Source of the DNA: a virus
Taxonomy: Duplodnaviria > Caudoviricetes
Direction: 5' to 3' (one strand)
Virus record (IMG/VR): IMGVR_UViG_3300037424_000800
Location: 1-27,159 of that record
DNA: 27,159 nucleotides
The notes beneath the pieces are model-generated. The model was not told where the DNA came from, ran no database searches, and saw only the letters and a program-made list of their open reading frames with translations. Within the stretch, counting starts at the first letter, position 1; the number at the start of each line of letters is the position of its first letter. Shown here one piece after another: positions 17,675-23,790 of this stretch. Position numbers and translations under genes: made by a program.

Positions 17675-18145
17675 TTATCTGGTCTGCCACCAGATTACGT
17701 CAGCCAGGTCGATCTCGTTGTGCAGGCTGACGATCTTGTTTTCGCCGCGCAGTACCCGGTCGCAGATCGCCTCGATCAGCTCAACCACGTCGCTCAGGTG
17801 GTATGAGCAAAAGTGCTTTCCAGCGATACTCCACTCGTAGCGCCCGGAACCGGTTTCTTTGATCTCGACTAAGTTGTGGTGGTTACCGACCACTATGAAC
17901 TGGGCAGTTCTGCCGCCGATGCTCTCGAAGTTGTGGACGCCTTCGGCGTTGATGCCGTGGTCAATGTTTTTGGTCATGATCCAGTCCATCAAGAAGCGGA
18001 CAAAGTCATTGCGGTAGATCGCCCATAGTTCTTCCTGGGGGATCGGGCGGCTATGGCTGCTCACGTGGATATGGTCGCCGTCGATGGCGATTTCCATCTT
18101 CTCGGTGGCGGTTTCGATCTTGGTGGTTTTGATTTCTGCGGTCAT
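17675..18145 (-). CDS. hypothetical protein
   Basis: 156 aa, GAAAGGATCAAGACCATG, downstream of P5. Confidence 0.8.
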   Translation of the reverse strand: MTAEIKTTKIETATEKMEIAIDGDHIHVSSHSRPIPQEELWAIYRNDFVRFLMDWIMTKNIDHGINAEGVHNFESIGGRTAQFIVVGNHHNLVEIKETGSGRYEWSIAGKHFCSYHLSDVVELIEAICDRVLRGENKIVSLHNEIDLADVIWWQTR

Positions 18146-18193
18146 GGTCTTGATCCTTTCGCTGTCTGGTGGTCGGTTTGTTCTTGCGTTTTA

Positions 18194-18232
18194 ATAATAA
18201 ACGATAACCGCCTATTTGTCAATAGGCAATTT
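18194..18232 (-). promoter_or_regulatory. shared-box sigma70 promoter P5
   Basis: AAATTGCCTA-TTGACA-17 bp-TATTAT. Confidence 0.9.
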
Positions 18233-18246
18233 TAGAGTTAAGCCAG

Positions 18247-18271
18247 ACCACCCGCGGATCGGGCGGGTGGT
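18247..18271 (-). terminator. hairpin upstream of P5 (possible terminator, no U-tract)
   Basis: ACCACCCGC-7 nt-GCGGGTGGT. Confidence 0.4.
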
Positions 18272-18303
18272 AGCTGCTAATGAAGCTCCTGGTAGCGGCG
18301 CTG

Positions 18304-18768
18304 CTAGAGTTGTTCGAGATTCTCGCAGTGACCGTAGAACCAGCGCCATAATTTGATGCGGCGTTCCCGGTCAGAGCGTTCGACGTATCCTTCGATGCTC
18401 TCACCCTTGCGCCGGGGCAATTCCTTTGTGTCAAGCCGGTCGGGGTGGTACTGTTCCAGGTAGCAGCCGGTCACGTTCGGAATTCGCAACGTGATGCACC
18501 CGGAGTCGTCCTGCTCGATGCAGGTTTCCCCGTTTTCGTCGCGCTTGGTATGACCGCTGATGGCGACCACGTAAATGTGGGGTTGACCGGCGATGATCTT
18601 GGCTTTGATGATCGCTTTGTGGACGTACTGGGCGTAGTCCAGGTGGCTGGGCTGGATTTCGACGCCGAGATCCTTGCTCAGGTATCCGGCGATGTTTTCC
18701 AGTTCCTTGTCGCGCCCGGTGATGGTATGGGCGTCGATGAAATAGGTATTGCTGGTCTTGGTTGTCAT
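18304..18768 (-). CDS. hypothetical protein
   Basis: 154 aa, TGAAAGGAAACTAGACCATG, downstream of P6. Confidence 0.8.
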   Translation of the reverse strand: MTTKTSNTYFIDAHTITGRDKELENIAGYLSKDLGVEIQPSHLDYAQYVHKAIIKAKIIAGQPHIYVVAISGHTKRDENGETCIEQDDSGCITLRIPNVTGCYLEQYHPDRLDTKELPRRKGESIEGYVERSDRERRIKLWRWFYGHCENLEQL

Positions 18769-18819
18769 GGTCTAGTTTCCTTTCATTTAGTCAGTGGTTA
18801 GGCTTATTCTTACACTCCA

Positions 18820-18858
18820 ATAATAACCGATATTCCCGTGTTTGTCAACAGGCAATTT
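18820..18858 (-). promoter_or_regulatory. shared-box sigma70 promoter P6
   Basis: AAATTGCCTG-TTGACA-17 bp-TATTAT. Confidence 0.9.
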
Positions 18859-18874
18859 TAGATTGGAATGCCAC

Positions 18875-18911
18875 AAAAAAGCGCACCGCCCGGAGACCAG
18901 CCGGGCGGTGC
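18875..18911 (-). terminator. intrinsic terminator
   Basis: GCACCGCCCGG-7 nt-CCGGGCGGTGC-GC-TTTTTT. Confidence 0.85.
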
Positions 18912-18947
18912 TAAATGAAAGGAACGCGGGGGGTGTATGACCCCGCG
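18875..18947 (-). ncRNA. candidate anti-SD small RNA 2 (~72 nt)
   Basis: Hairpin CGCGGGG/CCCCGCG, unpaired linker UUCCUUUCAUUUA, then terminator; extended -10 directly upstream. Confidence 0.6.
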
Positions 18948-18952
18948 ACCGT

Positions 18953-18976
18953 ATTATAGCATAGTTTCCACTATGC
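18953..18976 (-). promoter_or_regulatory. extended -10 promoter with adjacent palindrome
   Basis: TGcTATAAT (18953-18961) overlapping the DUF3560 stop; inverted repeat GCATAGT-GGAA-ACTATGC at 18959-18976. Confidence 0.6.
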
Positions 18977-19739
18977 GTTTTGCCCAGTAGTGAGCGTCGC
19001 TGGTAAGGAACCGCTGCCATGCGCCTTCGCTCGGCGCCCATCTAAAACCGTGCTCTTTCAAAGCGTCACGTACCGCCTTATCCGGTTTGCCGGGGAAGAA
19101 TATCTGCAGCCGGTTCTCGTCAGCGTTCTTGACGATGCGCACCCCGTTGACCTCGGTTTCCCTATTCTGCCGGGTGGCTGCCCGTTCCAGCGTCTTTAGG
19201 CGCTCTTTCAGGCGGGTGATGTTGCCCCGGTTGTTCGCCAGGGCGTAATCTGGAAATCCCAGGCGACCAACGAAATCGGGTTCATAGAGCTTGCCAACAT
19301 GGGTTTCGGTGAAGCCCATCGTTAGCAGCGCGGCCCGGTTGGATGGAGTATCGCCGTTACGTATGATCTTGTTGGTGGCTTTCATCTTCTCCTGGTCAGC
19401 TTCCAGCTTGGCAATCCGCGCCTTGATCTTCTCGATGGCGTCCGGGTCATCGCTGGAAATCGCCGCGTTGCTTTCAGCGGCTGCGGCGCGGCTGGCGGCG
19501 TTGGACGCTTGCTCAGCGAGCTCCGCTGATTTGCGAAAACCGGACTCGATCTTGGCGCGGTAGCGCCGGTCACGCTTCTCGCTGTGATGACCAACCAGGA
19601 TCGGTTGCCCAAACGGGATCACGTCTGCCATATCGTGCGCACGCTTGCGCATAGTGACTGACTGATCAAAGAGGTTATCGGCACGGTTCTTGAGTCGTTC
19701 TATGCGTTGCTGTCTTTTTTGTTCGTAATCACTTTTCAT
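18954..19739 (-). CDS. DUF3560 domain protein
   Basis: IPFGQPILVGHHSEKRDRRYR, ISSDDPDAIEK, RLQIFFPGKPD...GFRWAPS; GGAGG RBS before ATG 19739. Confidence 0.85.
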   Translation of the reverse strand: MKSDYEQKRQQRIERLKNRADNLFDQSVTMRKRAHDMADVIPFGQPILVGHHSEKRDRRYRAKIESGFRKSAELAEQASNAASRAAAAESNAAISSDDPDAIEKIKARIAKLEADQEKMKATNKIIRNGDTPSNRAALLTMGFTETHVGKLYEPDFVGRLGFPDYALANNRGNITRLKERLKTLERAATRQNRETEVNGVRIVKNADENRLQIFFPGKPDKAVRDALKEHGFRWAPSEGAWQRFLTSDAHYWAKRIVETML

Positions 19740-19950
19740 TGGGTTCCTCCTGAGTTGTTTCTTCCTCGAACATATTAGCAATGGTATCTCGATCATTTGA
19801 GGCGTGGATGGTTTTCCAATCCCCGAACACCTGGGACTGGCGTTGCACTTCATAAACCACACTGAGGTTTTCAAATACAACGGCGATCATGCGGTGAGCT
19901 GCGCCGTACCTGTCTTTGCGCTGGTACATCAAGATCGTTTTTTTGTTCAT
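19729..19950 (-). CDS. hypothetical protein
   Basis: 73 aa, coupled to neighbours. Confidence 0.7.
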   Translation of the reverse strand: MNKKTILMYQRKDRYGAAHRMIAVVFENLSVVYEVQRQSQVFGDWKTIHASNDRDTIANMFEEETTQEEPNEK

Positions 19951-20831
19951 TGGTCATGCTCCCTTTCGTGTAATGGGCTATATGCCCAGGTTAGCTCGTA
20001 CCGGTACGCCTCACTGTCCCGGTCATCGTTGGGCGGCAGCGGGTCAACGGTGAAGACCCAGGTGTGCGGGACGGCGTTGACGGGATCGGATCGGTCGGTG
20101 TGGACGCAGAGTGTTCCGAACGGCATGGTTGCCCACATGAGCGAGAATGGGCGGTTGTAGCTGGCGTAGACGTGGCGGGCTCGGCGCACCTGGGTAGCTC
20201 GATCTTTGTCTTCCTCGCTGATCGCCTTCATCAACTCATGGTGCCACGCGCCGGCTGCATTATGGCGCAGTTTCGATAACCGGTCATACCCGCACAGTTC
20301 GGCGAAGCGATAAAACCGGTCGGAGTCGTCGCACCATTTAACGGGGCGGGTGGGGTACGCCGTGCTTAGGTCAACGATGAATGGCTTATAGGATTTCGGG
20401 TCTAACGCCAGGGTGATCAAGTCATTGATTTCCCACCCGGCGCGGTTTACGCCGCGCACTGCCTGTTCCAGCGCCAGTAAAACGTCCCGGTTGATCCGGC
20501 GGTGTTCGATCTCCTGCCCGTACACAGGCGCCAGCTTGCGTACCAGCCAGGGGCGACCATCCGGGGTCATGACCTCGGTCCAGTTCTTAGGGAAGAAGGG
20601 CTTATCAGCGAACTCCCGCAAGAGGTCGATTTCCTTAGTAGGATACAGAGCGTCGGCGTTGGGGTATGGGCGGGCTATTAGGGGTTTCCAGACGAATCCG
20701 TCGGGGGTCAGGAAAGCGCCGCCGGTGTGGACGCCATCGGGCAACCCGTCTGCGCGTGTCCCGGTCAGCTTAGTGCAGCCGTCGAATGGCGGTTGCCCGT
20801 ACATCTCGATGGGGAAGGATAGCTTAATCAT
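19947..20831 (-). CDS. hypothetical protein, possibly kinase-like fold
   Basis: 294 aa; VWK, KE, INDL and IVDLS occur in protein-kinase-like order (tentative). Confidence 0.6.
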   Translation of the reverse strand: MIKLSFPIEMYGQPPFDGCTKLTGTRADGLPDGVHTGGAFLTPDGFVWKPLIARPYPNADALYPTKEIDLLREFADKPFFPKNWTEVMTPDGRPWLVRKLAPVYGQEIEHRRINRDVLLALEQAVRGVNRAGWEINDLITLALDPKSYKPFIVDLSTAYPTRPVKWCDDSDRFYRFAELCGYDRLSKLRHNAAGAWHHELMKAISEEDKDRATQVRRARHVYASYNRPFSLMWATMPFGTLCVHTDRSDPVNAVPHTWVFTVDPLPPNDDRDSEAYRYELTWAYSPLHEREHDQ

Positions 20832-20832
20832 C

Positions 20833-21015
20833 TTATGACCACCCTTTTGGAACTATTCCGAAGTCGATAGTTATTCCAAAACCGAGAACATAAATATCAA
20901 GTCTTCGAGCAACAAAAGCGATGCTAATGATCGTGATGCCGAACAAATATAGCTCTATCCCGAAATTGTTATGATTAGTGTTCTTCCAGTCTGATCTAAA
21001 CTTAATGCGTTTCAT
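20833..21015 (-). CDS. small hydrophobic protein
   Basis: 60 aa, GAAAGGAAACGACCATG. Confidence 0.7.
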   Translation of the reverse strand: MKRIKFRSDWKNTNHNNFGIELYLFGITIISIAFVARRLDIYVLGFGITIDFGIVPKGWS

Positions 21016-21037
21016 GGTCGTTTCCTTTCGTTTGTTG

Positions 21038-21187
21038 GATTAAGTGTTCACTGAGAGCCAGAACTCGGCGGTTCTGCTTCGCATGGTTAACGAAGTGGGG
21101 CGGGACCGGGGCTTTTGCCTATGTATCCCCGACCTTGTATCCGGTGCTTGGGTAAGACCCTCTTGTGCTCTCGGTCAACACTCAATC
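21038..21187 (-). ncRNA. multi-branched structured RNA in a ~320-nt intergenic gap (candidate)
   Basis: 21-bp imperfect closing stem (21038-21058 with 21167-21187) enclosing hairpins CAGAAC/GTTCTG, CTTCG/CGAAG, ACCGG/CCGGT and GGGT/ACCC. Confidence 0.6.
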
Positions 21188-21335
21188 TGGTAAGGTTCTA
21201 AATCCGACCCGGCTCTACCGCCGTCTTCCTTGCTTATCCCCCTGGGGGGAGCCTCCACGATTATCCTTCGGCACGCCGTGTTGTGATCGCTTTGGTTTCG
21301 GACCTACCCCCATGATAAGGGCGGGGATCGGTTTG

Positions 21336-21524
21336 TTAATTTACGAAGTAATCTGTATGCCCGTATAGGTGGCGATAAAACTGGTTTATGATCATTCCTG
21401 ATTTCTCTAGCTCGTTTATGGTTTTGAAGTTGAGCCAGAAAGGCCATATTACGATGCGGTTTCCTGGTCCGACGTATCGGGCTTTTAGAACCTTGCAAAT
21501 AGCCTGTTGCCTATTCTTGGTCAT
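21336..21524 (-). CDS. hypothetical protein, first gene of the leftward arm
   Basis: 62 aa, GAAAGGAA RBS, downstream of P7. Confidence 0.65.
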   Translation of the reverse strand: MTKNRQQAICKVLKARYVGPGNRIVIWPFWLNFKTINELEKSGMIINQFYRHLYGHTDYFVN

Positions 21525-21545
21525 TGAATTATTCCTTTCTATATG

Positions 21546-21584
21546 ATTTTATACCAAAACTGCTTGCTTGTCAATAGGCAATTT
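21546..21584 (-). promoter_or_regulatory. shared-box sigma70 promoter P7
   Basis: AAATTGCCTA-TTGACA-17 bp-TAAAAT. Confidence 0.9.
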
Positions 21585-21592
21585 GCAGAGTA

Positions 21593-21621
21593 TTGATTTT
21601 TGTTTTTCTGCGTGATAAAAT
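21593..21621 (+). promoter_or_regulatory. rightward promoter, divergent from P7
   Basis: TTGATT-17 bp-TAAAAT with an extended TG. Confidence 0.7.
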
Positions 21622-21646
21622 GATATGAGAGGCGGAGCACAGCTTA

Positions 21647-22933
21647 ATGGCAAAGATCAGTGATCTGATTCCCGATTCAAAAAACGCCAACCGCGGCACG
21701 CGGCGCGGCTTGAAGGCGCTGGACACTAGCCTGCGGCAATACAAAATTGGGCGCGGCGTTCTGGTTGATAAGCACGGCAAGATTATCGCCGGGAATAAGA
21801 CGGTGGAGAGGATAGCCGATATCGCACCAGATACGGAGGTCGTTCTAGTGCCGACCACGGGTGACCAGCTTGTAGTTACTCAGCGCATGGACTTGGACCT
21901 GGATACCGACCCAGAGGCGCGGGCGCTGGCTACCTACGATAACCGCGTCGGGCAGCTTGACCTTGATTGGGATGTGGAAGCGTTGAATGATGTAGGGCTG
22001 GATGTGCTGGGCGATCTGTGGACGGATAAGGAGCTGGCAGAGATTGGCTTCAACGTCGAGGAGCCGCCGGAAGACCCAGGCGCGCAGATTGACCGCGCGG
22101 AGGAACTGCGTGAGAAGTGGGGCGTGGAGCCGGGACAGTTGTGGCGGTTGGGCGAGCACCGGCTGATATGCGGGGATTGCACGGATAGGGCGGTGGTGGA
22201 GAGGGTGATGCAGGGAGAGAAGGCGAAACTTACCGTGACTTCTCCGCCTTACGCAGTTGGCAAGGAATACGAAGAGGGTGTGAGCTTTGATGACCACTTG
22301 GCGTTATTGCGTGGTTTTACAGATCGGACAATTGAGATAACTATTCCGGGTGGTTTTATTTTTACGAACTTTGGTGAGATAGCGGCGCTATCTCACGCCT
22401 CGCCACTTACGGGAAGCAAGCGCCAATGTATTTATCTTATCTCTCGTGATTACTGGCAGATATACCACGAGGAGCGCGGCTGTGATTTATATGCCATGCG
22501 AATTTGGTATAAACCATTCAATCGCCTACAGCAACCATTTTGGAGTTATCACACCAGCATCCCCCACCACCAGGAATGGGAACATATCTGGACTTGGCGC
22601 GTGCCGGGCGGGGACGGTGACCGTGTTTGCGATTGGGATATTTCAGTGCATGCAATTTGGGACACGCGCAACGAGGCAACTGAAGATCATCCACTTACCC
22701 GCCATGTAGCCGCCTTTCCGGTATGCCTACCGGAAAGGGCTATAAAGGCGCACTCAATGAAGGGTGAAGTTGTATATGAACCATTTAGCGGTTCCGGCAC
22801 GACCCTGATCGCCTGCGAGCGGCTGGGGCGCAAGTGTCGCGCAATCGAGATCAGCCCCGCATACTGCGCCGTGGCGATACAACGATGGGCGGATATGATC
22901 GGGCAAGAGCCGGTGCTATTGGAGGCGGGATGA
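21647..22933 (+). CDS. ParB-like N-terminus plus beta-class amino-methyltransferase (SPPY, N4-mC likely)
   Basis: IIAGNKTVE/DNRV N-domain, HRLICGDC, TSPPY, HVAAFP, EPFSGSGTT. Confidence 0.9.
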   Translation: MAKISDLIPDSKNANRGTRRGLKALDTSLRQYKIGRGVLVDKHGKIIAGNKTVERIADIAPDTEVVLVPTTGDQLVVTQRMDLDLDTDPEARALATYDNRVGQLDLDWDVEALNDVGLDVLGDLWTDKELAEIGFNVEEPPEDPGAQIDRAEELREKWGVEPGQLWRLGEHRLICGDCTDRAVVERVMQGEKAKLTVTSPPYAVGKEYEEGVSFDDHLALLRGFTDRTIEITIPGGFIFTNFGEIAALSHASPLTGSKRQCIYLISRDYWQIYHEERGCDLYAMRIWYKPFNRLQQPFWSYHTSIPHHQEWEHIWTWRVPGGDGDRVCDWDISVHAIWDTRNEATEDHPLTRHVAAFPVCLPERAIKAHSMKGEVVYEPFSGSGTTLIACERLGRKCRAIEISPAYCAVAIQRWADMIGQEPVLLEAG

Positions 22934-23098
22934 TACAAGCGTCTCAATTGCATTCTGGAATGAGCCATAATCAGCAATCAGCCTGTCAATCCAATGTTGG
23001 GGCAGGCGCACCGTCTTTTGTGTCATCCGAACGCCGAGGCGGGGCTTTCGCCCCGCTCCTGCTCGTTTGCCGCCGTGCTGTTTCTTTGTTTTGTTCAT
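22916..23098 (-). CDS. small DNA-binding protein (GGKRAGAGRK plus RHH-like segment)
   Basis: HGGKRAGAGRKP followed by TQKTVRLP...LI. Confidence 0.7.
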   Translation of the reverse strand: MNKTKKQHGGKRAGAGRKPRLGVRMTQKTVRLPQHWIDRLIADYGSFQNAIETLVSSRLQ

Positions 23099-23367
23099 CG
23101 CGGTACTGTTACCTTAACTTTCTTACCCATGCCGTTAATGATCTCGTGGGTGGGGGTTGGGGCGTATTCGCCGTCAAGGTGGAGCCGATCGCTTATGTCT
23201 GTTAATATTTCCTGGATATCCAGGAGGTCTCCTACGTATCCCCAGTGGTGTCCGGCGCGGTCCCGTGATGCTTCTTTGTCGTGCCTCTCAAGTCCTGCCT
23301 CAATTTTCTTTAGCAGTCGCTTGATTTGGGCTTGGCTGGTTTCGTATGCTTCTAGGCTGGTGTTCAT
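23095..23367 (-). CDS. hypothetical protein
   Basis: 90 aa, AAAGGAG RBS, ATGA-coupled to 22916..23098. Confidence 0.75.
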   Translation of the reverse strand: MNTSLEAYETSQAQIKRLLKKIEAGLERHDKEASRDRAGHHWGYVGDLLDIQEILTDISDRLHLDGEYAPTPTHEIINGMGKKVKVTVPR

Positions 23368-23392
23368 CGTTATCTCCTTTATTCTTTATCTT

Positions 23393-23426
23393 ATATTGAT
23401 TATAGCATACAGAATCAATATGTCAA
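23393..23426 (-). promoter_or_regulatory. consensus promoter with overlapping operator-like inverted repeat
   Basis: TTGACA-16 bp-TATAAT with extended TG; ATATTGATT (23393-23401) and AATCAATAT (23413-23421). Confidence 0.8.
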
Positions 23427-23472
23427 GCATATTTATAAACTCTCATAATCCTTTAATATTTCAGGGTATAGG

Positions 23473-23790
23473 ATGACCGGCAGTAATACAGCGGGGAACA
23501 CCGCAACAGGTAAGCCATTTGCCAAAGGCGACCCGCGCATCAATCGCAAGGGACGCCCAAAGTCCTTTGACGCGCTGCGCTCCCTCGCCCAGCAGATCGC
23601 CCACGAAGAAGCGCAGTCCGGCGGGCAGCCAGTCGTCATCGGCGGGCACAAGGTGACGGTGGCTGAGGCGATCCTGCGCAAGTGGGCGATGAGTCAGAAT
23701 GCGCAGTTACAGCGGGCGTTTATCGAGGTGCAGTTCACGGTGAGCGGGAATATCTTCGAGCCCTACTTTGTTGTCAAGGCGGAGTATTGA
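23473..23790 (+). CDS. DUF5681-like protein (small-terminase-associated N-terminus), possibly truncated
   Basis: KPFAKGDPRINRKGRPK motif; TGATG overlap with the next gene. Confidence 0.65.
   Translation: MTGSNTAGNTATGKPFAKGDPRINRKGRPKSFDALRSLAQQIAHEEAQSGGQPVVIGGHKVTVAEAILRKWAMSQNAQLQRAFIEVQFTVSGNIFEPYFVVKAEY

Noticed and set aside
17085-17840. Long plus-strand ORFs (251 aa and 195 aa) and similar antisense ORFs elsewhere
   Set aside because: They shadow minus-strand genes that have clear RBSs and show no recognisable motifs
18273-18299. Weak stem with CTCCT in the loop on the plus strand as a third anti-SD RNA
   Set aside because: No promoter or U-tract terminator supports a transcript
18777-18924. 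14-bp inverted repeat flanking P6 read as an invertible promoter switch
   Set aside because: No recombinase is in the window and one arm is the gene's RBS, so RNA pairing is the simpler reading. Not excluded; check read orientations
3799-21584. 17-bp repeat read as a CRISPR array or integron attC sites
   Set aside because: Spacing is irregular (0.6-8 kb), each copy contains a -35 with a correctly spaced -10, and no cas or integrase gene is in the window
23682-23789. N-terminal extension of MTase 2 in the ORF track
   Set aside because: Paralog alignment and the RBS place the start at 23790
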